Source of the DNA: Vicinamibacterales bacterium
GTDB lineage: Bacteria; Acidobacteriota; Vicinamibacteria; Vicinamibacterales; UBA2999
Reading direction: 5' to 3'
NCBI GenBank assembly: GCA_036407095.1
Contig: DASWZV010000163.1
Location: 57,105-121,104, forward strand
DNA: 64,000 bases
The position numbers and the translations under genes are program-made. The notes below the pieces were generated by a model. The model did no database searches. It worked only from the letters and a program-made list of their open reading frames with translations, and was not told the origin of the DNA. Position 1 is the first letter of the stretch, and each line of letters opens with the position of its first letter. Positions 7,535 through 16,605 of the stretch are shown here, piece after piece.

Positions 7535-10492
7535 ATGTTCAGGAGATTTCACCGGCCATCCGGCTTGTCCCTTCTCTCCGCTGGATTCGCTGTCGTCATC
7601 ATGCTGTCCAGTGCGCTCGCTTCTGCGCAAGGCGTGCAGACGGGCACGATGACAGGCATCGTCGTCTCATCAGACAACTTGCCGCTTCCAGGCGTGACAG
7701 TCACCGCCAGCTCTCCGGCGCTGCAGGGGAAGCGGACTGCGGTCACCGACGTCAACGGAGTGTTCATCATCAAGGGCCTGCCTGCCGGCACCTACGCCCT
7801 CGACTACGAGCTTTCGCAGTTCGAACCGGCCAAGGCCGAAAACATCTCGGTCAATGTCGGCGGCACTGCTGAAGTCAACGCGACGATGAAGCTGGCGGCA
7901 CGCACGGAAACCGTGACCGTCACGGCGGAGACGCCATCGCCCCTCGTCAGCACGACCACGAGCACCGCGTTCAAGAAAGCCGAGCTCGACGCCCTACCGG
8001 TCGGTCGGACACCTCCGCAGATCGCCGAGCTCGCACCCGGCCTGACCAACAACACACCGAACGTCGGGCAGGTGAGCATCGGCGGAGCGACCGCCTTCGA
8101 CAGCGTCTTCATGCTGAACGGCGTCGACATCAACGACAACCTGTTCGGCAGCCCGCACAACCTGTTCATCGAAGACGCGATTCAGGAGACCAACGTGCTC
8201 GTCGGCGGCATCTCCGCCGAGTGGGGCCGGTTCTCCGGCGGCGTCATCAACATGGTCACCAAGAGCGGCGGCAACACCTTCAGCGGCAGCTTCCGCGAGA
8301 ACTTCAGCAACCCGACGTGGGTTGCGAGGACGCCGCGTGAAGTCTCCAACAACATCACGCATTCGGACATCCTCGGCAAGACCTCGGAGGGCACGTTCGG
8401 CGGACCGCTGATCAAGGATCGCGCGTGGTTCTTCACTGCAGGACGGCATGAGAGCTCGGATCAAACGCTGACGTTCGTTCAGACGCCGGGCTCGGCGACA
8501 CGGAACGACCTCAACAAGCGCGGTGAACTGAAGTTCACGGGCTCGCCGGCGAATGGTCACACGATCTCGGGCGACTACACGAACAACAGCACCGAGCAGA
8601 ACAACATCTTCAGCCTGAACGCGAACTCGATGGACGCGAACACGCTGATCAACCGGCAGCTGCCGAACAGCCTGTTCGTCTCCAACTACAACGGTATTCT
8701 CGGAAACAAGTACTTCGCCAACGTTCAGTACTCGCAGAAGAAGTTCGGCTTCAGGAATGCCGGCGGCACCAGCACAGCGATCAAGGACTCGCCGTTCCGC
8801 ACGCGCGGGATCCTCCCGGGCGTGTCTACCACGGTGCTCCTCTACAACGCACCGTTCTTCAGCGCGCTCGATCCCGAGGATCGTAACAACCACCAGATCA
8901 GCGGCAGCGTATCTGAAACCGTGTCCACCAAACGCTTCGGCACCCACGACCTCAAGGTCGGCGCCGAGTACTACCGCAGCACGCGCACCGGAGGAAACTC
9001 GCAGAGCGCGACCAACTACGTGTTCCTAACCGACTACGTCGTGGCCAACGGCGCACCGGTGCTGGACGCGCAGGGTGTCCCGATTCCCGTCTTCCAGTCC
9101 GGCCTCACGCAGGTGCAGAACTGGTTGGCCACGGTCGGTGCGCAGCTCGACATCAACACGACGTCTGTGTACGCGCAGGACAAGTGGGTCATCGGGCCGC
9201 GCGTGACCGTCGATCTCGGCACGCGGTTCGAAGCGGTGCGCAACAAGGCAACCGGCGACATCATCGCCGTTGACACCAACCGCATCGTGCCCCGTCTCGG
9301 TGCCGCCATCAATCTCGACAGCCGGGGCGCAACGGTTCTGCAGGCGACCTACGGACAGTACTCCGGCAAGTACAGCGAGGCGCAGTTCGGCGCGAGCACC
9401 GATGTCGGCAGCCCGAGCCGTATTACCTACGCCTACACCGGACCGACCGGACAAGGAAAGGACTTCGCTCCGGGCTTCGACCTGGCCAACTACACCACCG
9501 TCGTCAGCGGCTCCTTCCCGACGAAGAACAAGTCGTTTGCGGACGGCACCTCGTCGCCCGTCGTCAACGAGTTCACCCTGGCGATCGGCCGTGAGATGGG
9601 CCAGAAGGGATTCAACAAGGTCACGTACTCGTGGCGGAGGTGGAGCGGGTTCCTCGAAGACGAAATCAGCCTCGCGAACGGTATCGTCAATGTCACGCCT
9701 GCGCCAGGGCTGTTGACCCGCGTGGTGTACGACAACACCGATAGCGTCAAACGCAACTTCCAGCAACTCTTGTTCTCACACGCGTACCGGTTCCGCCCGG
9801 ATTTGTCGTGGCATGCCGATTACACGCTGCAGATCAAGAACGAGGGCAACTCGAACGTAGAGGCCGCGAACCAGCCGGGCACGGTTTCGCTGTTCGGCGA
9901 CTTCCCTGAAATCTACGGACCCGCGATCGACCGCTATCAGCCGTTCGGTCGGCTCGCCGATTACCAGCGTCACAAGGTGCGGATCTACGGCACCTACTCG
10001 AAGCAGCTCGGCCGGTTTGGCGGCGTCGACGTCTCCCCGTTGTGGCGCGTGAACTCGGGGCAGGTGTACAGCCTCTCGGCGGGGAGCATCCGGTTGTCGG
10101 CGATCGAGCTTGCGCGAAACCCCGGCTATCCTGCGAACGACATCAACGCGAACGTCACCCAAACGCTCTTTTTCGGCGACCGCGGCTCGCAGGATTTCAA
10201 AGGCTACGGTGCACTCGATCTTGCGGGCACGTACTCGATCCCGGTGTGGCGTACGGCCAGGCCGTGGATCAAGTTCGAGGTCTACAACCTGCTGAACAAC
10301 ACCAAACTGATCGCGTGGGATACCTCGATCACGCCCGATCCCGCAAGCCCGCTCGATGCGAATGGGCTGCCGACCGGGTACATCCAGGGCCCGCGTTTCG
10401 GTACGGCGACAGCCGACAACCAGTTCCCCCAGCCAATTCCGGGCACCAACGGCGGACGACTCTTCCGCATGGCGTTCGGGATCAGGTTCTAG
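7535..10492 (+). CDS. TonB-dependent receptor with N-terminal carboxypeptidase-regulatory-like domain
   Basis: Signal peptide, then GIVVSSDNLPLPGVTVTA...VNGVFIIKGLPAGTYAL (CarboxypepD_reg). Plug-like FDSVFMLNGVDIND. 985 aa with a terminal aromatic residue (FGIRF). Confidence 0.85.
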   Translation: MFRRFHRPSGLSLLSAGFAVVIMLSSALASAQGVQTGTMTGIVVSSDNLPLPGVTVTASSPALQGKRTAVTDVNGVFIIKGLPAGTYALDYELSQFEPAKAENISVNVGGTAEVNATMKLAARTETVTVTAETPSPLVSTTTSTAFKKAELDALPVGRTPPQIAELAPGLTNNTPNVGQVSIGGATAFDSVFMLNGVDINDNLFGSPHNLFIEDAIQETNVLVGGISAEWGRFSGGVINMVTKSGGNTFSGSFRENFSNPTWVARTPREVSNNITHSDILGKTSEGTFGGPLIKDRAWFFTAGRHESSDQTLTFVQTPGSATRNDLNKRGELKFTGSPANGHTISGDYTNNSTEQNNIFSLNANSMDANTLINRQLPNSLFVSNYNGILGNKYFANVQYSQKKFGFRNAGGTSTAIKDSPFRTRGILPGVSTTVLLYNAPFFSALDPEDRNNHQISGSVSETVSTKRFGTHDLKVGAEYYRSTRTGGNSQSATNYVFLTDYVVANGAPVLDAQGVPIPVFQSGLTQVQNWLATVGAQLDINTTSVYAQDKWVIGPRVTVDLGTRFEAVRNKATGDIIAVDTNRIVPRLGAAINLDSRGATVLQATYGQYSGKYSEAQFGASTDVGSPSRITYAYTGPTGQGKDFAPGFDLANYTTVVSGSFPTKNKSFADGTSSPVVNEFTLAIGREMGQKGFNKVTYSWRRWSGFLEDEISLANGIVNVTPAPGLLTRVVYDNTDSVKRNFQQLLFSHAYRFRPDLSWHADYTLQIKNEGNSNVEAANQPGTVSLFGDFPEIYGPAIDRYQPFGRLADYQRHKVRIYGTYSKQLGRFGGVDVSPLWRVNSGQVYSLSAGSIRLSAIELARNPGYPANDINANVTQTLFFGDRGSQDFKGYGALDLAGTYSIPVWRTARPWIKFEVYNLLNNTKLIAWDTSITPDPASPLDANGLPTGYIQGPRFGTATADNQFPQPIPGTNGGRLFRMAFGIRF

Positions 10493-10522
10493 GATCGACA
10501 GCGGTCGATCGAACACGTGTAC

Positions 10523-10607
10523 GCCGGGCCTCGAGATCAGGCCCGGCCTACACTGTCACCAAGTGCTAAGCGGCAGTGTAGGCCGGGCTTGTTTTCCAAA
10601 GCCCGGC
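10523..10607. repeat. paired GCCGGGC...GCCCGGC hairpins with CAGTGTAGG box (family 2), terminator-like, just after the receptor stop
   Basis: Hairpins at 10523-10547 and 10582-10607. CTACACTG at 10548-10555 faces CAGTGTAG at 10574-10581. Confidence 0.8.
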
Positions 10608-10650
10608 GGACGCTGAGCCCACACCCACCCCCAACCTATAATCGAAATCG

Positions 10651-12333
10651 ATGTCCGCAGCCCGTCCTTCGGACTGCATCGCCGGCGACGAGGCGCTCGC
10701 CCGCGGCGACTGGTCTGCCGCACGTGATGCCTTCGAGGCGGCGCTTCGCACCCGCGAGAGCGCCGAAGCGCTCGAAGGCCTGGGACTCGCCGCGTGGTGG
10801 CTCGACCTCGCCGACATCGTCTTCGACGCACGCGAGCGCGCGTATCGGCTCTATGTCGAACGCAACGAACCCGCAGCCGCCGCGCGCATCGCGGTCTGGC
10901 TCGCATGGGACGCCTGGGCGTTTCGCGGCGAGCATGCGGTGTCGAACGGATGGCTGCAGCGTGCTCGACGGCTGCTTGCCGATCAGCCCGAGTGCCCCGA
11001 GCGTGCATGGCTCGAGGTTCGCGAAGGGTCGCTCTGCCTCTTCGAAGACGGCGATCCCGACCGCGCGTATGCGATGGCCGCCGAAGGCATCCGGATCGCG
11101 AAGGCGGTCCAGGACATCGATCTCGAAATGCTCGCGCGGTCGGTTCAAGGCATGGCGCTCGTCGCATCGGGCGCCGTGTCGGAAGGGCTGGGCCATCTCG
11201 ACGAAGTGAACGCGGCGATCATCGCAGGCGAGCTGACCGATCTCGTTGCGATCGGGCTGTCCTGCTGCTACATGATTGCGGCGTGTGAACGCGTCCGCGA
11301 TTACGACCGTGCGGTCCAGTGGTGCGCGCGCCTGAAAGTCTTCTGCGCGAAATGGGGATTGCGCCCCCTGTTCGCGGTGTGCCGCACGCAGTACGCGTCG
11401 ATCTGCATGTGGCGAGGCACGTGGCCCGAAGCGGAACAGGAGCTGATCACGGCGAGCGACGAGCTCGCGGCGAGCCGCCCAGCGATGACACCCGATGCCA
11501 TCGTGCGGCTCGGCGAGCTGCGTCGCCGTCAAGGGCGCCTCACCGAAGCGGCAACGCTCTTCGAACAGGCCGGGTCACATGGGCTCGCGCTGCTCGGCCG
11601 CGCCGATCTCGCCTTCGATCGCGGCGATATACCCGCGGCGGCCGAGCATGCGGAGCGGTATCTGCGTCGAATCCCCACGCAGAATCGCACGGATCGCGCC
11701 GCGGGACTCGAGCTGCTCGTTCGCGCGCGCGCCGGCATCAGGGATCTCGAGGGCGCACGAACGGCGCTGGCGGAGCTCACCGCGATCGCCACCCTGCTCG
11801 CGACGCTCCCGCTCAAAGCTGCCACCAGTCTCGCCGCCGGATGGGTGGCCGAAGCCGAGGACGATCCGGATCTGGCGCGCCAGCATTTCGAGGATGCCGT
11901 CGATCGATTTCTCGAAGGACGGGCGCCGTATGAAGTCGCCCGCGCCCGCATCGCGCTCGCCCGTTCGCTCGCGTCGCTCGGTCGCGTGGACGAGGCCGCG
12001 CTCGAGGCACGGCGTGCGATCGAGCTGCTCGGTGAGCTGAAGGCCGAACTCGAAATCTCTCGCGCCCGGCGACTGCTCGATTCGCTCCCTGGCCGAACGA
12101 CCGGCGACGCCAGACGACCCTCGCGTCCCGGCGATCAATCCGGACTGACGGCTCGCGAACTCGAAGTGCTCCGGCTCGTCGCCGAAGGCCTGAACAATCA
12201 GGCGATCGCCTCGAAGCTCGTCCTCAGCGATCACACCGTCCATCGGCATCTCGCCAATATTCTCAACAAGTTGAGTGTCTCCTCTCGGGCTGCCGCGGTG
12301 GCTCAGGCCGCTCGGCGAGGGCTACTCACATAG
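10651..12333 (+). CDS. LuxR-family transcriptional regulator with TPR-like helical repeats (MalT C-terminal-like, no ATPase)
   Basis: C-terminal HTH LTARELEVLRLVAEGLNNQAIASKLVLSDHTVHRHLANILNKL. Ala/Leu/Arg-rich repeats lie upstream. Confidence 0.8.
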   Translation: MSAARPSDCIAGDEALARGDWSAARDAFEAALRTRESAEALEGLGLAAWWLDLADIVFDARERAYRLYVERNEPAAAARIAVWLAWDAWAFRGEHAVSNGWLQRARRLLADQPECPERAWLEVREGSLCLFEDGDPDRAYAMAAEGIRIAKAVQDIDLEMLARSVQGMALVASGAVSEGLGHLDEVNAAIIAGELTDLVAIGLSCCYMIAACERVRDYDRAVQWCARLKVFCAKWGLRPLFAVCRTQYASICMWRGTWPEAEQELITASDELAASRPAMTPDAIVRLGELRRRQGRLTEAATLFEQAGSHGLALLGRADLAFDRGDIPAAAEHAERYLRRIPTQNRTDRAAGLELLVRARAGIRDLEGARTALAELTAIATLLATLPLKAATSLAAGWVAEAEDDPDLARQHFEDAVDRFLEGRAPYEVARARIALARSLASLGRVDEAALEARRAIELLGELKAELEISRARRLLDSLPGRTTGDARRPSRPGDQSGLTARELEVLRLVAEGLNNQAIASKLVLSDHTVHRHLANILNKLSVSSRAAAVAQAARRGLLT

Positions 12334-12535
12334 GGCCGCTTCGCGGTAGGGCTGCTTCGCAGTGGCCGCTGCGCCGTGGGGCCCGTTGGGGCGCGCCTTG
12401 GCGCGTGGGCCGCTTCGTGAACTTCACCCCACCGCCCGCAGAGTGGCCCCCACTTCCCTACGCGCCGAAGGCGCGCCCCACCGGCCCAAAGGGCCGGCCC
12501 ACGTGGCCCGTTCGGGCCATGCCGCCCGAATGGCC
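12331..12535. repeat. degenerate GGGCCGCTTCGC-type repeats and GGCC-N4-6-GGCC mini-hairpins
   Basis: GGGCCGCTTCGC is the reverse complement of the 7221-7343 unit core (GCGAAGCGGCCC). The period is ~16 at 12331-12376. A hairpin GCGCGCC-GAA-GGCGCGC lies near 12461-12477. Confidence 0.65.
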
Positions 12536-12621
12536 CCTTAGAGCGATGCGCCCCCATGCAACCACCACATACAGTCGTCCCTGTGACACTGCGTTCACGA
12601 ACGCGCATTGCAGGAGGACAT

Positions 12622-13113
12622 ATGAAGATGCTCGCATCGGTGATGACAGCCGCCGCAATCTTCGGCGGCAGCGCCACGTACGTCGCGTTCGCGCAGGGGC
12701 ACGCGCACGTGATTCAGGCGCCCGACGACGCGAAGTGGGGGCCTGCGCCGCCCTTCATCCCGGCCGGCGCCCAGATCGCCGTGCTCTCTGGTGATCCCAC
12801 TAAGCCCGCTCCATATGCGGTCCGGTTGAAATTCCCCGCGAACTACGCAATCCCGGCGCACTCGCATCCCACCGACGAGAACGTCGTGGTCACGTCCGGC
12901 GCGGTGACCTTCGGCATGGGCGACAAGCTGGTCAAGGGCGCGCCCGGCAACAAGACGATGACGGTCGGCGGATATTTCCTGGCGCCGACGGGTATGAATC
13001 ACTTCGCCTACACGACGAGCGAGTCGACGATCGTGCTGTACGGGATCGGCCCCGTTCAGTTCAAGTACGTCAACCCGAACGACGATCCGCAGAAAGCGAA
13101 CTCGTCGAAGTGA
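12622..13113 (+). CDS. secreted cupin-domain protein
   Basis: ATG 12622 follows an AGGAGG RBS. Signal peptide MKMLASVMTAAAIFGGSATYVAFA. Cupin metal motif PAHSHPTDENVVV. Confidence 0.7.
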   Translation: MKMLASVMTAAAIFGGSATYVAFAQGHAHVIQAPDDAKWGPAPPFIPAGAQIAVLSGDPTKPAPYAVRLKFPANYAIPAHSHPTDENVVVTSGAVTFGMGDKLVKGAPGNKTMTVGGYFLAPTGMNHFAYTTSESTIVLYGIGPVQFKYVNPNDDPQKANSSK

Positions 13114-13120
13114 ACGGTCT

Positions 13121-13241
13121 GCCACAAAGAGAAACGGAGGACCTCATCTTTCCTCTCATCTCCGTTTCTCGTCCTTTGTGATCTTTGTGTTCTTTGTGGC
13201 CAAGACCTCCGTGATCTCCGTGAGTCCGTGCTCTCCGTGGC
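13121..13241. repeat. family 1 repeat, locus B
   Basis: GCCACAAAGAGAAACGGAG faces CTCCGTTTCTC...CTTTGTGGC. It ends in CTCCGTGATCTCCGTG...CTCTCCGTGGC, abutting the stop of the minus-strand gene. Confidence 0.8.
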
Positions 13242-13242
13242 A

Positions 13243-14817
13243 CTAGAAGACCGCGCGAGAGATGCCGACACTGAGGCCAACGCCGACGACGACGCGCGAT
13301 TTCACGATGTCGGGGCTTCCGGACACGAAATGAGCCGGAACGACGACGCGGACGCGCCCGCTCAGCGGGATGCGGATCACAGCGCCGCCGGTAAAGCCAA
13401 ACGAGGTGTCTTTAGTTTCATTGATATAGGCGCTCTCAACATACTGAGTACGAGTCCGCGTGAACACGAATGCGGGTCCGACTTCCATGGTCGCGGAGAG
13501 TCGGCGACCGGCGTTCAGCGTGTAGGTCACCGGGAATGCAACGATTCTGTCCTGCTCGCGAACAGTAACCGCACCGGCACTGAGGTAGAGACCGTACAAC
13601 GTGACCGGGCGCTGAAAGCGGATTTCAGCGCCGCCGCCGAATCTCCCGAACGTATAGCGCCCCGCAACGAGAGCATTTTGAGAAGACACGTCGTCGACCG
13701 TGCATGGACCGTTCGGACGACACACGTCGTAAATTGGCGCCAAAGCGCCGAATCCATAAGTTCCCGCTGCGAACACCTCGACCGTTTGCGTCCGAAGCGC
13801 GCGGTAGACCTCCGCAATGTTCTGCCGCCTGCCGGTCTGATAGTTTCCCCATTGTTGATATTGGGGCAGCGTGAGCGTGTCCTGCACATTTGCTAGCGGG
13901 CTGCCCGCGTCGAACGCCGCGCGCACGCCAGCATTCAGTGTCTCCAGGTATTCACGAAAAGCCACGAGATCGGATTTCGTCTGCGTCGTCCCCAGTCCGG
14001 TGATGAGTGTGTCGAAGTTCAGGCCTTCGACCGTTCGTAGCGACGCTATGGTCGTCTTCACGGCCACCGGGCCAATTCGTTCCGGTATCGCTCGCGCTGG
14101 GAACAGATCCACGGCGAACGCGATACGTTCCGAGGGAAAGACGATTGCCGTCATGTCGAGCGCGTCCAAGGCAGGCGTCGACCACAACTCAATGGATTGC
14201 CCCCCTAACGTGATCGTCTGCTGACGCGCAAACGTTCGTGCCACCGGCGATACCCTGCTGTAAAGCTCCGAGGGCGTGATTGCCGAATCGCGATTCACAT
14301 CAAGGGCGCGGATCATGTTCGCCGACGGGCTGGGGATGAGCTCGGCCGACTCGAGTCGCCCGTTGTGATTGGCATCGAGCGCGATGAGGGCCGGTGGCAG
14401 CACACCGGCTGCCCTGTTGCGCTCCTCGTTGAAACGTTCATGAGCGATGATCGTCGCCGTTGGGTAGAAGGCCAACGCCCCAGACGCACGATCGAACCGA
14501 TGTTGCGTGTGGAGCACATACTTGACCGGGGCGCCGGGAAAGCGTCTTGCGAGTTCCTCTTTCAACCACAACGCTGTAGGCAGACTGAGTGGATCGACAA
14601 TGACGATGCCGTCGGGCGTTACCAGGAAAACGGTGACCTGTTCTCCATCGTGAAGGACGTAGAGTCCTCCTCGGATGTTGGTGATGATGCGAGCCTCGCC
14701 AGCGGCAGAGGTCTGCGAGGCTTCGAGGACGGATCCAGCCATCGAAAGGTAGATGACCGTCGCCAGCGCGAAGTACATCCACAGCGTGACGAAAGATTGA
14801 GGCCTTGTGCGAACCAT
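13243..14817 (-). CDS. degenerate MBL-fold domain + EF-hand pair + C-terminal beta-barrel-like domain (hypothetical)
   Basis: VKYVLHTQHRFDRASG aligns to the THxHxDH motif with three ligands replaced. EF-hand loops DANHNGRLESAEL and DVNRDSAITPSEL. The last ~170 aa show an alternating hydrophobic pattern ending in ...ISRAVF. Confidence 0.55.
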   Translation of the reverse strand: MVRTRPQSFVTLWMYFALATVIYLSMAGSVLEASQTSAAGEARIITNIRGGLYVLHDGEQVTVFLVTPDGIVIVDPLSLPTALWLKEELARRFPGAPVKYVLHTQHRFDRASGALAFYPTATIIAHERFNEERNRAAGVLPPALIALDANHNGRLESAELIPSPSANMIRALDVNRDSAITPSELYSRVSPVARTFARQQTITLGGQSIELWSTPALDALDMTAIVFPSERIAFAVDLFPARAIPERIGPVAVKTTIASLRTVEGLNFDTLITGLGTTQTKSDLVAFREYLETLNAGVRAAFDAGSPLANVQDTLTLPQYQQWGNYQTGRRQNIAEVYRALRTQTVEVFAAGTYGFGALAPIYDVCRPNGPCTVDDVSSQNALVAGRYTFGRFGGGAEIRFQRPVTLYGLYLSAGAVTVREQDRIVAFPVTYTLNAGRRLSATMEVGPAFVFTRTRTQYVESAYINETKDTSFGFTGGAVIRIPLSGRVRVVVPAHFVSGSPDIVKSRVVVGVGLSVGISRAVF

Positions 14818-14888
14818 CGCGACGGAGGATACCCCATCCGCCCGGTTCGCGAACGCGGCATACGTTGCCGTCCGCTTGGCGCCTCTCC

Positions 14889-15269
14889 TTACACGCGCGT
14901 CACCACATCGATGACCGTCTGCGGATTGTCCGCCGCGATTACCAGCCGATTGCGTGACGCGATATACGTGTACCGCACGTTGATGTGCGCTTCCGCGATG
15001 CGCTGAAAGACGCGGGCCGCCGCACCGGGCTCATCGGCCACGGGCACGAGCGCGACCTGCTGTTCCTGCACCACACGAAATCCGGCAGCGTCCAGGCATC
15101 GCCGCGTCGCCGGGAGATCGGTGGTCAGGACGTGTACGACCCCGTTCATCTCCGTGTAGCCGTCGATGTTGATGCCTGCCGCGCTCACCGATCCGATCGC
15201 CTTGGCCAGCATGCCGGGGCGATCGTCGGGGAGCGTCACAGCGAGATCGGCGGATAGATGTGGCTCCAT
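14889..15269 (-). CDS. ACT-domain-containing protein (tandem ACT-like)
   Basis: Uses the internal ATG at 15269. LAVTLPDDRPGMLAKAIGSVSAAGINIDG and ALVPVADEPGAAARVFQRIAEAHINV are ACT-like beta-alpha-beta units. Confidence 0.55.
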   Translation of the reverse strand: MEPHLSADLAVTLPDDRPGMLAKAIGSVSAAGINIDGYTEMNGVVHVLTTDLPATRRCLDAAGFRVVQEQQVALVPVADEPGAAARVFQRIAEAHINVRYTYIASRNRLVIAADNPQTVIDVVTRV

Positions 15270-15284
15270 GGTGAACCCTCCCTT

Positions 15285-15387
15285 GGCCACGGAGAACACG
15301 GAGAGTCCAACCTCCGTGTCTCAACCTTTGTGATCTTCGTGATCTTCGTGGCCAATTCTCTCCGTTTCTCTCTGTGGCCTTTGTGGC
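15285..15387. repeat. family 1 repeat, locus C
   Basis: Sequence GGCCACGGAGAACACGGAG...CTCCGTGTCTC...CCTTTGTGATCTTCGTGATCTTCGTGGCC...CTCCGTTTCTC...CCTTTGTGGCC. It fills the whole gap between two minus-strand genes. Confidence 0.8.
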
Positions 15388-15801
15388 CTACGTACGTAGT
15401 GCCTCGAGCGCCGCCTTGCAGCACTGCCCGTCCTGCTCCGCGAGGCCGCCGGACACGCCGAGGCCGCCGATGATCCTGCCATCGACGACAACGGGCACGC
15501 CGCCTTCGACCACGCTTGCGCCGCGCAGGTTCATGACGCGCAAGGCGACACCGCCGCGCTCGACCGAATCCTGAAACGTCTTCGTCGGCCGCTTGAACAT
15601 CGCTGCCGATCGCGCCTTGTCGATCGCGATCCGCGGGCTCGCATGTTGCGTATCATCGTCCTTTTCGAAGTACACCAGGATACCGGCCGGATCGACGATC
15701 GCCACCGCCATCGCCCACCCATTGGCGCGCGCTTCCTTCAACGCCGCCGCCGCGACGTTTTTGGCCAGGTCACTCGAAATAGGAACCCCGTACGACGCCA
15801 T
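15388..15801 (-). CDS. GlcG/HbpS-like heme-binding protein (DUF336)
   Basis: 137 aa. VAIVDPAGILV...AIDKARSAAMF...GGVPVVVDGRIIGGLGVSGG is typical of DUF336. Confidence 0.8.
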   Translation of the reverse strand: MASYGVPISSDLAKNVAAAALKEARANGWAMAVAIVDPAGILVYFEKDDDTQHASPRIAIDKARSAAMFKRPTKTFQDSVERGGVALRVMNLRGASVVEGGVPVVVDGRIIGGLGVSGGLAEQDGQCCKAALEALRT

Positions 15802-15952
15802 CTTTGCACCTCATTGCACACGACCGCACTCAGCAAGCGCGGGTGTTTCGCATTAAAATGAATCCGACCTGATTCGTTTCGCAGGTCCTTGCCACGAAAA
15901 CTGTAACTCGTTGCCCGCACCCCCCTTCCCCCGCGGCAATGTGTGAGGTTGT

Positions 15953-16177
15953 ATGAGTATCTGGATGGAGTTCAAGAATACAATTCTGCCCTGGCTGCTC
16001 GCGGCCACGGTTGTCGCGTTCCTGATCCAAGAGCATCATCGAACGACCGATGCCTTGATCCAGGCGAACAACCGGCTGGCCGTCGCGGTCGAACAACAAG
16101 GCAAAGCGCTCGACGGCGTGCGCGGACTGCTCGCCTCCCAGGGGTACACACTGCCCCCTTTAGCCGAAAAGCGGTGA
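15953..16177 (+). CDS. small single-TM protein (holin-like or membrane partner), 74 aa
   Basis: TM ILPWLLAATVVAFLI followed by a coiled tail. Its stop TGA (16175-16177) overlaps the GTG (16174) of the next gene. Confidence 0.45.
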   Translation: MSIWMEFKNTILPWLLAATVVAFLIQEHHRTTDALIQANNRLAVAVEQQGKALDGVRGLLASQGYTLPPLAEKR

Positions 16178-16542
16178 TTCACGGGCTTCGGGTGCCGGTG
16201 CACCTGACGTCCCGCGACGCACTGCGCATGCTCGACCTGGCTGACATCTGGGCAGCTAGAACCGGCAACGAGGTGACACTCGTGTCGGCCAACGATCACG
16301 TTCACGCCCGCCGATCCGCTCACTACGACGGCGAGGCGGTAGATTTCCACTCGTCGGACCCGGACGACCTGTCCGAGGTGTTCCGACGCGAAGGGTATCG
16401 TGTGCTCTGGAGAGTGCCGGGGCATTTCGCGCACGTGCACGTCGAAAAGCCCAATTCGTTCGACGGCATCGAGCGTGCGCAGGATCTGGCCAGCCGGACG
16501 CCCCTGTCACGTCCGAAATCACGATCCCGGGCGGGTGGATAG
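16174..16542 (+). CDS. LAS-superfamily zinc peptidase (M15/VanY-like), 122 aa
   Basis: In-frame GTG within ORF 15943..16542. SAHYDGEAVDF gives H-x6-D and HFAHVHV gives H-x-H, the LAS metallopeptidase signature. Confidence 0.55.
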   Translation: MIHGLRVPVHLTSRDALRMLDLADIWAARTGNEVTLVSANDHVHARRSAHYDGEAVDFHSSDPDDLSEVFRREGYRVLWRVPGHFAHVHVEKPNSFDGIERAQDLASRTPLSRPKSRSRAGG

Positions 16543-16547
16543 ACGCG

Positions 16548-16605
16548 GGGGGCCGCCTTTCAGGCGGCCCCTCACAGGTCCGGCTGAAGCCGGACACTAC
16601 GTACT
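16548..16605. terminator. two REP-like tetraloop hairpins between convergent genes (family 3)
   Basis: GGCCGCC-TTTCA-GGCGGCC at 16551-16569 and GTCCGGC-TGAA-GCCGGAC at 16578-16595. Confidence 0.5.
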
